A stretch of DNA of 64,000 bases, taken from NCBI GenBank assembly GCA_029953675.1, contig JAMWBK010000008.1:186001-250000 (forward strand), in the 5' to 3' direction. The stretch is from Rhodosorus marinus CCMP1338. Lineage: Eukaryota > Plantae > Rhodophyta. The notes beneath the pieces are model-generated. The model did not search any database, had not been told where the DNA came from, and was given only the letters and a program-made list of their open reading frames with translations. This document shows positions 31,727 to 43,648 of the stretch, piece by piece. The first letter of the stretch is position 1, and each line of letters starts with the position of its first letter. The position numbers and the translations under genes are program-made.

Positions 31727-34700
31727 TATTGGCTTTATTGGACTTTGCTGGACTTTACTGGACTTTACTAGCATAGCCTGAAGCGCTACGCAAGGCGTGA
31801 AGATGAACTAATAACTAGGGAGGGAAGCATGCAACCCCAGGCGCCGATGGCGCGCCTCGGAAAGCATGTCGCTGGAATATCGCCAAAGGGAGACACTTAA
31901 ACGCCTCAAGAGCGCCAAATATTCAGTAGGATGCTCAGCAAAACATTTCCGCAACCACTCTAAACCCGACTTATCCACGTGACCAAAGCTTTCCACAATG
32001 AATGGCTGGAACCGGTGAGAGCGACCCTCAGCGCAAGGCAGACTGGCCATGCTCTCAGCATACCGTCGTTCCTTAACTCTTCGAAGGGCTGAAGCCGCGG
32101 CCCCCCGGCGGCGGGCGGCTGCGATGAGGTGGGCGCTGGCCACGGGGCAGGTAATCGCAAGGTCCACATATGTTGAGCGTCTGGCAGCAGCGTCGGAGAC
32201 GAGGAGATCGGCTATACAACGGGGCGGTGCAGAGTCCGATATTGATCTGGGCAGTTCCGACTCAACCTCAACCGTATGCCCTATCCGAGTCAAAAATTCG
32301 CTGAGGATGTACTGGAGGCGAGTGTGACGCCTCGTACGGAGACCTCTCAACAGTCCGCAGCAACCCAGGAAGTGGTAGCCACAAGCGTCAATCCGGCTCT
32401 CACATCCCTGACAGAAAGACGGCCGATTAGAGTGCCACGGAGCCTGTGGCAAACCGAGATAGATCCGTGCGGCAGAACGGAACTGGAAAGCATCGAGACG
32501 ATGACTCAATGACGACGGCAGAGTGGTTAACCACAAGTGCGAGAGGTGGCCTCCCATGCCGCGGAGACGAGCGGCAGTGGTAGGCGGCGTGAGAGGAGAA
32601 TTGAGCATGACTGTGTGAGCGGCACTGTGTTGGCCCCAGGTGAGGCTATGTTGAATCACATCAGTGCGGGAGCTCCACAATCGGCTCAAACCCGGGTAGT
32701 CTGCAACAGGGGGCCCGGGGCTAGCCTCTCCGTCATCGGCAAGAACTCGGTCGAGGGGACAATCCTCAATCGCTTCAGCTCGTCCCCATAACAGCTCCCT
32801 CCAGGAACGAAAGCGGGACCGATTTGCGTCCGGCACGGCGTTGCACCTCCTGAACGCGTGTTGAAGACCATCATAAATTGTCAAAAGCGGGGGCGGCAGG
32901 CTCACTGGATCCTCGTTGGTCAAAGCTCGAGCCAAGAGGCAGGCACTTCGCATCTGGAAGGTCACCAACGTTCGCAGCGCGGTAGCCCAGGAGGCAACCG
33001 CCGCTGGCGAGCATACCAGCCCACGGTCTGCGACGCCGAATCCCCTAATCGCAACGGTAGAGCGATCTGTGCACGAATAAAGTCCCTGTCGGGAGCAGCT
33101 TCAAGATCGAGGGGCTCATCCAAGAGCGTTCCCCAGTGTTGCAGGGTCATTTCGTCGGCTTTAGCCGCGATCCACGAGCCCCAAGCTGGAGGCAGGCTGC
33201 GCAACCAGTAGTTGAGTCTGGGACCGGCACAAAAGCGGGAAAGCAAGCAGGCCGATTGCAGCATGCTGTGGGGTAGGTGCTCAATGGCGTCGGTGAGTTG
33301 CTTGTGCCGTGCCAAAACTCGCTCGCAGGATGCTTGGACAAAGTTGTCAGTCCCCAATCCGACGCCGTGGTGTTCGAACCCTTCACGTTCGCTGATTAGT
33401 CGCAGAGTGGGTGGCAGAGAGTTCAGCGAAACGTCCCTCGGGGGGAGAAAGCGACATTTTTCTGTTTCCACAGTCAAACCGACGCGACGTGCAATCGCTT
33501 CGATCGCGGTCAGTCCCCTAGCCAGGGTGTCAGGGGTGCCCAGCAATGTTACGTCATCGTGGTACGCGCAGATTCGAAGATCCGAGACCTCAGTCGAAAG
33601 ACGTAAAAGTACGAGCTGTAGGGCACAGGCATGAAGAAGAGGTCCGCAAGGGTCGCCTTGTTGGACGCCAGTATGTGCTTGAAAAACAGTGCCCTCCGTT
33701 GTCAAGTAGGGGAGGCTCTCGCCTCCGTAAATACCCGATAGAAACGGCCACGCCTCCGGAAACACACGTCGGAGCACCTCTAGCGCATGCGTCCGCGACA
33801 CGCTGTTGAATGCGTTCAGGAAATCAACCACCAAGACTCCCCACTCCGGCCTACTGGCGCGTTCTAGCTCGATCCCATGGGTGATCAGTTCGCAACCCCC
33901 AGAAAATCCCACCCCTACTTGCAAGGGCGCCATAAAAGCTGTGACGCGCTGGCGAAGGCGCTGGCATAGCCACCTCCCGGCTAACTTCCGTAGGCTCTCC
34001 ACCATCCCGATCGGCCGGAGACGCGGGTGGGCCGGCTGGTGGTCAGGTTTCGTGAGCAAGCAAAGCTGTGCCTGCCGGAGATGTTCCCATGGCGCGGACG
34101 CACCCGATTCGCCCTGGAACAACTTGTTAAGGATCCTCAGAAGCGCGCTCTGGCCAGGCTGGCTCAGGGCCTGCAATAGCTCTGTTCTTAGTCCGGAGGG
34201 TCCGGGACAGCGTCCCCGACGCGAGGTACGAAGCAAATCCTCCAGGTCAGACTCACTGAGCGTCAGATCGATGCGAAACCTGGCCAACTCCGGACGGTCC
34301 AAGAATACCTCGAATTCAGGGGACAAATCCACGTCGGACTCAGGGAACAAAGACGACACCGTCTGGGCGAGACTATCATCGTAGGGGAGGACAGGCGCCT
34401 GGCCCTCAAAACCCGCGCCGCTCGACTTAAATCGCCCACTGCTACCAATTTCTGTAGTCGAGCTGGCACGGGCGACACTGTGCCATGCCGAGTCCGACGG
34501 GCGGATGGTGCTGACGACGCCAAATAGCTGCGCTGTAGTACTTCGAAGTCTCCCTTCAAGAACAGGGCCAGTCGGTCTCGTACTCGCCATCTGCGCTCCG
34601 ATGTGTGAATGGGGGCCAGAATCAGGCGCGGCATGACCCCCAGAAAAACCCAAATGACTGTGTCCCGAATGTTGCGAGCCAGGCTCGTGAAGATGAAATC

Positions 34701-36546
34701 GAGAATGGTTCCAGCTACTAGAAGGTCTCCACGAGGAAGGACGACTGGGGGAATGCCCCCACGGAGGGGAAGCGAGCCTCCTTCCAAAGAAATCCACCGC
34801 CGGAGCCAACTCCGAAAACGCGTACGCCAAATGCCCCAGTCTCCGCCCTCCTTCAGGACATAAGACTGTAGATCCATAGGCTGCGACCTCGCAGCCGTGC
34901 CTGGAGCGCTAATCGTGCTTCTCCCCCTTAGACCCGGGGGAGTCGGTCCTCGCTCTCTTACCTCCTATCCGCACCAAAGTCGTGAGCCTCCCACTCCGCG
35001 AGGCTCGCGGAACGGATCCCGCGGGCTTCAGCAAAGTAACCTGGGCGTCCTCCACCGCTATGCCCTCAGTCTGCTCCCCTGCCTCACCACTCTCGCTGGA
35101 AGTAGTGCTGGAAGCAGAGCCCTCCAAAATCCCCACCCGCTGCAGCTCTGTCTTGTAGCGCGAAGTCAGCACAAGTCGCCTCTCCAGATCGAAGAAACTG
35201 GAAACCGCCATGCGCAGGTGACGAGGGCCCGACCGGAACCGCTCCAACAAGATCCTCTCAAGGCGCTGAATCCGTAGCCAATGGATCGCTGCCGCCTTCA
35301 CGCTGCTCTCATGCTCAGAGAGCCCTGCCGTTTCTCCCGGAGACAGGAAATTGCCCGAGAAACGGTCAAAATCGAAGTGCAAAACCACCTGCGGGTTGCA
35401 GCGCAGCCACCGGGCGCTCTCAGGCCACTGCTCGGTAGGCTTCGCCCGCAAGGCCTCCAGGTACTTGGCGGCGGTGGCGGAGACCAAAAACAGCACATCG
35501 CGGCCCTCATAGTTTGCGAAGAAGAAATCACCCCGGCTGCACCCTAACGATTCCGCAAAAGTGTCCCGGAAGTCTCGCATAGACGGAACCTGTCCTCGTG
35601 TAGTCTGGGGCCGGACATTTCGCACCCACAGAAATTGGAGAGTGGTCTCCACAGGTCCATCCTGAGGCTTGCGAGATGGTATGAAACGGAGCATAGCGGC
35701 CGTACGTGTGGCAGTGGTGCCCTTCCGCAAGACTGATGCGTACGAAGCGCCCCCCTTGCGGCCACCACGTGCCCCCGAAGTAGCTGGGAGCTGGTGACGA
35801 CCTGAGGGCTGGTCCAAGAGAGGGAAGTCCACAGCTGCAGTTTCCGCACAGTCACCACCACCATTGCCTCGAGTCCCCGAGCGCTGAAGCGCGTTTTGTC
35901 CCGGCCTGCCGCTCCCCAACGTCGTACTGTCCCGCGCAGAAGCAACAGCCCTCGCCTGTCCCGGGACAGGTTCATGTTGATTGACCGGATGTTGACTGCC
36001 TTCAGCCAACGCTGCCACTCTGGCGCAATTCAAATTCTCGTCCGAATTTGAATTTGACCTGGCCAGCAATCCCGATTCCAGCCCACCTAGCTTCTGGGTG
36101 AGCTGAGGGAGCACTCCACGATCACTCGCAGCCGTGATCAGGCTGGTGACAGCGAAGATAAGTGAACGCGCCTGGGTGCCAGAAGCGCCTTCCAAGTCAA
36201 CCTCGGAAGAAAACGTGCCGCAGCTGAGGCGAACACGGAGTCCCCCACCTGGCAGTGCCTCCTTGGGAGGAGGCTCCGTCGAGTGCGGAGATATCCCTAC
36301 CATCCTGAGGGAATCCGCCAAGGAAACGTTGCACCACCAATATGAAACCGCACCGAGAGAATAATCGACCAAACCCAACCCAAATAGGAAAGGCCCCGCA
36401 ACTCACCCACCCGGAAGACAGAAGTAGTTGCAAATGCAAACGACGCCCCGCGGAAAATCGAGGGGAAGGCGTACCAGAGGAAGCGCTTCCCGTAAACGAA
36501 CACGCTCGCGACCGAAAAAGAAACAAAACCCCAATCCTCGACAACT
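31727..36546 (-). mobile_element. Family B full-length copy B2x (ORF2 frameshifted)
   Basis: ORF1 34909..36378 is open. ORF2 is split over 34877/34830/32968 frames by single-base losses in G runs. Tandem 10-bp tail at the 3' end. Confidence 0.92.
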
Positions 36547-36597
36547 AGCATCATACTTGTAACTGCTTATGCTAGTAAAGTCCAATGCTAGTAAAGG

Positions 36598-37747
36598 CTA
36601 GCATTGGACTTTACTAGCATAGCCTGAAGCGCTACGCAAGGCGTGAAGATGAACTAATAACTAGGGAGGGAAGCATGCAACCCCAGGCGCCGATGGCGCG
36701 CCTCGGAAAGCATGTCGCTGGAATATCGCCAAAGGGAGACACTTAAACGCCTCAAGAGCGCCAAATATTCAGTAGGATGCTCAGCAAAACATTTCCGCAA
36801 CCACTCTAAACCCGACTTATCCACGTGACCAAAGCTTTCCACAATGAATGGCTGGAACCGGTGAGAGCGACCCTCAGCGCAAGGCAGACTGGCCATGCTC
36901 TCAGCATACCGTCGTTCCTTAACTCTTCGAAGGGCTGAAGCCGCGGCCCCCCGGCGGCGGGCGGCTGCGATGAGGTGGGCGCTGGCCACGGGGCAGGTAA
37001 TCGCAAGGTCCACATATGTTGAGCGTCTGGCAGCAGCGTCGGAGACGAGGAGATCGGCTATACAACGGGGCGGTGCAGAGTCCGATATTGATCTGGGCAG
37101 TTCCGACTCAACCTCAACCGTATGCCCTATCCGAGTCAAAAATTCGCTGAGGATGTACTGGAGGCGAGTGTGACGCCTCGTACGGAGACCTCTCAACAGT
37201 CCGCAGCAACCCAGGAAGTGGTAGCCACAAGCGTCAATCCGGCTCTCACATCCCTGACAGAAAGACGGCCGATTAGAGTGCCACGGAGCCTGTGGCAAAC
37301 CGAGATAGATCCGTGCGGCAGAACGGAACTGGAAAGCATCGAGACGATGACTCAATGACGACGGTAGAGTGGTTAACCACAAGTGCGAGAGGTGGCCTCC
37401 CATGCCGCGGAGACGAGCGGCAGTGGTAGGCGGCGTGAGAGGAGAATTGAGCATGACTGTGTGAGCGGCACTGTGTTGGCCCCAGGTGAGGCTATGTTGA
37501 ATCACATCAGTGCGGGAGCTCCACAATCGGCTCAAACCCGGGTAGTCTGCAACAGGTGACCCGGGGCTAGCCTCTCCGTCATCGGCAAGAACTCGGTCGA
37601 GGGGACAATCCTCAATCGCTTCAGCTCGTCCCCATAACAGCTCCCTCCAGGAACGAAAGCGGGACCGATTTGCGTCCGGCACGGCGTTGCACCTCCTGAA
37701 CGCGTGTTGAAGATCATCATAAATTGTCAAAAGCGGGGGCGGCAGGA
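36598..37747 (-). mobile_element. Family B 5'-truncated copy B3, head-to-tail with B2x
   Basis: Near-identical to 31760-32900. The 5' end joins a short B2-like piece at 37748-37806. Confidence 0.9.
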
Positions 37748-37909
37748 TGCTCAGTGAAACATTTCCGCAACCACTCCAAACCCGACTACTCCACGTGACC
37801 AAAGCTTATCTTACTTATCGTGGTTAGTATCCTCGATTCCAGCTCGTATTCCCGTGGTGTTTATTTTCAGGTTTGTTATCCACTAGTTATTACCGGTGTG
37901 GTAATTCTC

Positions 37910-38000
37910 TCCTTGAACGCTGCTTTGATGTTGGAGGCCTATCTTCGCCGCGCCCCCCCTCGGGGGTTCTTCTTCCAGTTTCCGATTAAACAAACTCATT
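37910..38000 (+). mobile_element. Family C 3'-end remnant
   Basis: LNAALMLEA..LRRA coding end, then CCCCCCCTCGGGGG..TCCGATTAAAC. Confidence 0.7.
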
Positions 38001-38164
38001 CACTTTCTCAAGCTCCAAACAAGCTGAGTTATATTTTAAAACGAAATTCTTTAGTCTGCCTAGTTTGACAGTGTTCGATATTTCCAAAGGGAGCCCAGGG
38101 GGCCTACTGCCGACCAGCTACGGAAGGATGGGGAAGGGGATGAGGGTTGGACCCAATGTTGGGA

Positions 38165-39718
38165 CTATGCCATCTTCGTATGGGCGAATACATTGTCTGG
38201 ATCAAGGTTATTCTTCAAAAGCATAATCCGCTCTCGGGTTGCTGAACGATAACCGGCCGGGCCTCCTTTCCCTTCCTCATCCCAAAGGCTGAAGTTGGGG
38301 TAGTAAACAAGCTGTGTAGTGGGCCCAAACTCGTTTTTGAAGTATTTTCTTGTCCATTTCTGAGCGGTAAGCATGTTATCGCTGGGGCCGTCGCCCTCAG
38401 CGGGTTCCATGCAGCCTGCGATGATCAGCATTTTGCCCTCTCGTAGAGCTGTGCAAGACGTGTTCTCCGTGGGCACCTTCAGCACTGCCTCCCCTGTGAA
38501 AACGAATGCACTTGTGACCTCTCTCGGCCTCTTCAACATCATGAGCCTTACATGATCGTCCACAGCCTTGTCATTGCCAATAAACCCGTCTTCCATTGCA
38601 GGGCGTACAGACATGTAGTACCTATGACCCGGTGGGAAGAGCATCGTGTGATTGTCCTGGATCTCAACCAAGTCCTCTGGACGGCAGGTGGACATCGTCG
38701 GTTCCAAGAAATCTGTGAAATACTTCTTCGTGAGCTCCTCGCCAATCTGAGGATCACCAAATACCGTTTGCTGGACCACGAACGCTGGAGCTCCTTCGAA
38801 AGGCGGTGGCGTTGCGAACGCGAGCGTAGGGTTGTAGCTAGGTGCGACCTCTCCATTTTCTTTCGCTTTTATGTACATCTTCATGATATGGGCGATTTTA
38901 TCAACGTTTTCAGGAGTCATCACCCACATCATAATACCACCGTATCCATGAACTTTCTTTCCGTCCACGATAAAGGACTCTAACGGATGGAGCTGAAGCT
39001 TCATACGCATTACGACGCCGAGGTTCCATCCTGCACCACGCGCTAACCACATCTGTTCAGCGTTCGTTTCCTCGGAAATGTGTCGTAGCTGACCGTCGGC
39101 GGATACAAACTCTACTTCCAGGAGGTTATCGACGCTAAGTCCATGTTGTGCGCTGAGAAGCCCCCATCCTCCCCCCAGCGTGAATCCACCGAGACCAGTG
39201 TCATAGTACTGCCCATTGACCGCCGCGAGATCGTGTTCCTGGGTTGCTCGATCAACGTCAACTGCTAAACAACCCCCATCGACCCACGCGGTACGGTTTT
39301 GAGCGTCAACTTCCACCTTTCTCATTAGCCGCAAATCGATGACAACCTGCCCCGACATCGAGGACTGGTCAAACATGTGGCGCCCTCCTGCAACGGATAC
39401 GGTGAGGTTCCGGTTGCGCGCAAATTTCACCGTCTTCTGCGCATCGCTAGAAGTAACTGGCTGCACGATAGCCAATGGCTTCTTCGGTGGGTCGTAGCAA
39501 TTGAAGCAGTGGGTTGCTTCTTCATACCCCTCACCCCCTTTCTCTAACACCTTACCTTGAACCAACCCCTTTAACTCCGCCAAGTCCGACGGCTTTTCAA
39601 CCTTGTGCTCAACCACCTTCGCCTCCTGCATGTCAACCTTTTCCTCCTCTCCATTGTTCTCTCCATCGTTCTCTCCGCCCTTCCCAACTCCGCAAAAAAG
39701 CCTCTTTAGAAACCGCAT
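38165..39718 (-). CDS. FAD-binding oxidoreductase, VAO/PCMH family (berberine-bridge-enzyme-like)
   Basis: PLAIVQP..VAGGRH, DLRLM, GLGGFTLGGG.G.L...HGL..DNLLEVE.V.ADG, and C-terminal Y.N..Y...L..LK..LDP.NVF. ATG at 39718. Confidence 0.9.
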   Translation of the reverse strand: MRFLKRLFCGVGKGGENDGENNGEEEKVDMQEAKVVEHKVEKPSDLAELKGLVQGKVLEKGGEGYEEATHCFNCYDPPKKPLAIVQPVTSSDAQKTVKFARNRNLTVSVAGGRHMFDQSSMSGQVVIDLRLMRKVEVDAQNRTAWVDGGCLAVDVDRATQEHDLAAVNGQYYDTGLGGFTLGGGWGLLSAQHGLSVDNLLEVEFVSADGQLRHISEETNAEQMWLARGAGWNLGVVMRMKLQLHPLESFIVDGKKVHGYGGIMMWVMTPENVDKIAHIMKMYIKAKENGEVAPSYNPTLAFATPPPFEGAPAFVVQQTVFGDPQIGEELTKKYFTDFLEPTMSTCRPEDLVEIQDNHTMLFPPGHRYYMSVRPAMEDGFIGNDKAVDDHVRLMMLKRPREVTSAFVFTGEAVLKVPTENTSCTALREGKMLIIAGCMEPAEGDGPSDNMLTAQKWTRKYFKNEFGPTTQLVYYPNFSLWDEEGKGGPAGYRSATRERIMLLKNNLDPDNVFAHTKMA

Positions 39719-39919
39719 ATTGTTGCCAGATTTCGATTTCGCAAAAAAGCCAAGGTTCTGCCCCCGCTCCACTACGCTGTCCCAAAGTGATACCCAACTA
39801 ATCAAAGCCCATTACTAGCTTCTTTCTATGTATTCCACAACCTCCCGAGACCCCTTTATCTCCACCGTCAGGCTGGGGGGAAAGTGTACGGCTAGGTTAG
39901 CTTGGGTAAAAAGTATGCA

Positions 39920-40380
39920 GTTACGTTAATCTAGAGTCTGAAGTTAGTCTGGAGTCTGGTCTGGGGCAATAAGTCTGTGGTTGTTTTGAGGGTGATAACG
40001 AATGTTGGAGAACCCTGCCGAATCTTGAGCGATGAGAGTGCCCCGTGGGGAGACAATTTCTGTCGCGCTGATCTTCTTGAGGAGGGGGAGCTCGAAGAAA
40101 GCTCCGTGCAGTATGTACCCCCCTGAGGTACCAATGGTGATACTCCAGCGGATACAATGGATACTGCGTCAACGCTTGCAGAAGAGGACTTTCTACAGGA
40201 CTTCATGCAGATGTTCTCGAAGTACCACCCCCTTTACGAAGATGTTGGGATGGCAGTCGCAGAGCTGCAGCGTTTTTTCGTTACTGTCGACCGGTTGTAC
40301 ACTAGGACTTGCACAACGGCCGATCTGAAGGGGATTTGCGGAAAAGGAGGTCACGTGCACCGTGGACAGAACGCACAAGA
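39920..40380 (+). mobile_element. 5' fragment of a diverged family A element (ORF1 start)
   Basis: FMQMFSKYHPLYEDVGMAVAELQRFFVTVDRLYTR aligns with A1 FLHQLRSFDRCYQDLGIAASEITDFYKAVFQLFSR. Preceded by degenerate GTTACGTTA/AGTCTGG units. Confidence 0.65.
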
Positions 40381-40461
40381 TACCCTATCAACTTGGGAGT
40401 CAATCCACGGATCAGTCAACAGAGCAGTTTCGGCTGGGACACCGTGAGATACAGGTCACGA

Positions 40462-40512
40462 TGGGACAATCCAACTGGGACAATCGCAACTGGGACAATC
40501 GCAACTGGGACA
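40462..40512. repeat. 15-bp tandem repeat TGGGACAATCGCAAC, about 3.5 units
   Basis: Directly visible. Confidence 0.9.
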
Positions 40513-40641
40513 CGTTGGTCTGGGGCTACGTTGGGAGTAGAGGTATGATGTTAGTCTGGGGTTACGTTAGCCTGGGTTCCTTCTTAATGGGCTCCAATAG
40601 GGAGCTCTTCAGGAAAGTGTACACGGTTATGTTAGTCTGGG
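40512..40641 (+). repeat. Degenerate copies of the 16-mer GGGGTTACGTTAGTCT
   Basis: ACGTTGGTCTGGGGCTACGTT (40512), GTTAGTCTGGGGTTACGTTAGCCTGGGTT (40550), GGTTATGTTAGTCTGGG (40625). Confidence 0.8.
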
Positions 40642-41024
40642 CCCCTTTCACCCGGCTGGTCACTAGCTTGAGGATTAGGAACAGCAAGATCAACGTATGT
40701 GGTACGGCGGCTGTCGTCACAGGTGATCACCAGGTCGGCTACACGGCGTTCATCATTTTGAAAGTCCGCGACGGGTAAAGGTTTTTCACGTTCAATTTCC
40801 CCGTCGAGGTTTTTTTCAGTCTGCGATTAAACACATTCATTTCGTATTAGCTACTTTTCTCCGTTTCTTACGGAACTCTCTAAAATTCCGTATGTGATGA
40901 TTTTATGTTGTTTTTTTTGTTAATGGTTGCCTAATTGTTTGCCCCTCGGTTCTCTTTTTCTTCAGCCTCCTGTACTAATTCATTTCAGTCATTGTTTGAG
41001 CCTTTTCTCATGGGACTTCAGCTG

Positions 41025-41345
41025 TGTTGACAAATTAGGAGTTTATGTGCGTGTTTCATTTTATATTGTTATGTCACTCAGAGTCTCCCTCACTAGGATG
41101 ACAAACCGATCTTGGCTTATTTAGGCATCAGACTTGGTTAACCATCATGCTTCGAAGTCACTTCATGGTATACGCGCGTGTGTCTTGATTCAACAGGTGA
41201 GCTTCCATCCTAAAGTCTGCACGCCCATTTTGTCGATCATCAACACGTTCCAGGGCCACGTGCTAGGATGGCATTTGTATCAGCAACTCTGACAAAGTCT
41301 TCGTCGGTGAAGGGAGTCGACTTCGATTGGACACGTTTGCTAACA
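41025..41345 (-). repeat. 3' LTR (321 bp), with PPT GAGGAGGAG adjacent at about 41346-41356
   Basis: Matches 50423-50741 with roughly 11 substitutions and 2 single-base indels counted by eye. Confidence 0.95.
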
Positions 41346-42951
41346 CTCCTCCTCGAAGTGACGCCCTTTGTTTAAAATTCTCAGCTTGGCTCTGTGTGTC
41401 TTGAACTTCGTCGTTTCTAGCGCCTTGGTGAGTATATCCGCGACTTGCTCCTGGGTTGGGACTCGTAGCTTCCTAGGTCGTGTTGCTGTCGTGCAAATTG
41501 GTACAGTGTTGTTTGAGATGACCTTGGTAGGTAATGCCGGCACATCGATCTCTGCAAGTAAGTTCTTCACCCACTGTACTTTCTGGAGTCCGTGCGTCAG
41601 GGCGATGTATTCTGCTTCGCTTGTTAAAAGTCGCGATGATTTTCTGCTTCTTGCTAATATACGAGATCGAGTTTCCGGATAGGTATGCGATAGCGCCGGA
41701 TACGGATTTCGGTCCTTTGGTGATGCCCATGACGCGTCTACGTACAGTGTGATCTCCTCCTGTTCTTCACAAGGAGAGAAAACTAGTGATGCGCTGAGTG
41801 TGCCACGTAAGTACCTTAATATTCGCTTACCGGCTGACCAGTCGTCATTATTGAAGCTTTGCGCCTTTGGGGCTTTGTCTTCCCCTGGTGTTCGTGCTTC
41901 GGCACTAGCACATCGCTTGGTACCCCTGATCATTGAGTGCTTTGGGTTCATGGACTCTGTTGGTTCTCGCTGGCTTCGGGAGTTGTTCCGCGAACGCCCT
42001 GACCGTCTTCAATCGTTGTTTACCCGCTTAAGTTTCCTGCTGTGGCGCATGAATGCCGCTTTGATGTTGGAGGCGCGAGTTCTTCGCCGCACTTAGTCTT
42101 TTTTTCCCCTCGGGGTTTTTTCTTTCAGCCTCCGATTAAACCATTCGTTCCATTCGTTCGTTTGTGGCTAGCAGTCTAACCGCGTTCGTTGTGTCTGGTC
42201 TGTTTTCTTGTGGAGATGTACAGTAGGGCCCCGATAAGTTCACGGAAGGGTACTCTTCTTGCCTTCCGGACTTATCCGTTGGTATGTAATCCTTCGTCAT
42301 CGGCGTTGGCACCGGCTTGCTCTCGTGCATTCTGAATTCCAGGAGTATCTTCTCGATGTGCTTCTTCTGCCCCAAGGAGATGGTTGATGCGCTTGGGTCT
42401 CTCTCGATTTCTATGCCGAGGTATTCTCTAGCTGCGCCGAGGTCTTTCAGATCGTACATGGTGTGTAGCTGCTTCTTAACTTTTGCCACCCGCTGTCTGC
42501 TTCCGATGATTAGGAAGTCGCAGACGTATACGAGTTGGTAGACGCCTTTCTTTACGAACACACACGGGTCTGCAGTTGCTGCCTTGAAGCTATGACCTTG
42601 TAGGTCTTTCCTTAGCTTCTCTTACCATATTTTTCCTGATTGCTTTAAACCATAGAGACCCCTGTTTAGCTTGCAGACCTTACCATTGTCTTGTGTGCCG
42701 GGGGGTCTCTCCATGTATATCTCCTCATCGAGTTCACCATTGAGGTAGGCCGTCGATACGTCCATTTGCTGCACATCGTAGTTACGTTGTGCTGCCAAAG
42801 ATAGCAGCACTCTGATGCTGTCGAAACTGACCGTCGGTGAGTAGACTTCTGTAAAATCTTGCTGCTGGAAACCTCTTGCAACCAGCCGAGCTTTGAATTT
42901 CAGCGGCTCCCCGCTCTCGTTCCGTTTCAGTTTGAATTTGTTGCTTAACAA
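41340..42951 (-). pseudogene. Copia RT/RNase H, disrupted
   Basis: KFKARLVARGFQQ, QMDVSTAYLNG, LYGLKQSGKIW, YVCD (instead of YVDD), KRILRYLRG, YVDASWA, SEAEYIAL, ADILTKAL. Contains stops, frameshifts and a C insertion. Confidence 0.9.
41870..42160 (+). mobile_element. Family C 3' fragment nested in copia pol
   Basis: Ends in (CCATTCGTT)x2. Removing it restores LAT-KAQSFNNDDWSAGKRILRYL. Confidence 0.85.
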
Positions 42952-43648
42952 TTGCTTTTCCTTTGGTCTGTCAACCAGTGACCAGGTCTGGTACTTGCTC
43001 AGATTTTCGAGCTCGTCCGCGACTGCTTCCTCCCAATACTTCGCATGGGGTCTGGTGAGAGCTTCCTCGATGGTTTAAGGTTCCTTGATTATCGTTAAGC
43101 TGCTCAACTTGGGTTTCGCTATCGCGCCGGACCTTATTTATCGCAGTAAATTTGTGACTTCTTTGACTTCTTTCGCTATTACTCGTTATTTTCTAACCGT
43201 TTTTCGGTGTTGTTGTCAGGTTTCACGTCTTCATTGTCAGGTCCGTGGTGGGTTTTGTGAACTGGTGTTTCTAGTTCGTCTTCGAGGCTCGATGGCTCCT
43301 GATTCCGACTGATGTAGTCTTTCGCTTTGACGTAGTCGATGGCTGCTTGAACCTCTGGTGTAAGTGCGGCTTGGGGTTCTTCAGAGGAAAGCTTTGCTCC
43401 TGCACTACGATGTCTTTCGTCCATCGTTTGCGACCATCTACGAGTTGGATCAGATACTTGCCGCTTCGTTCACAGCGGAGTAAAATCCCACGCATCGTTG
43501 GTACGTAGAGCTTGTCGCTTCGTATGGTACCATCTTCTTTTGGTGCGTGCGCGATCGCTAGGCAGCCGAACGGGTACATGTTTCTCAAGTCGTCTTGCTT
43601 GCCGGTGAGTATTTTCCAGGGGCTTTCGTTGTTGCTTCGTCTTGGTCT

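Noticed and set aside
33040-34420. Programmed frameshifting in B2x ORF2
   Set aside because: Single-base losses in G homopolymers, absent from B1; mutation or consensus error is more likely.
40462-40641. CRISPR-like array
   Set aside because: Units are contiguous or degenerate, with no unique spacers and no cas genes, in a eukaryotic context.
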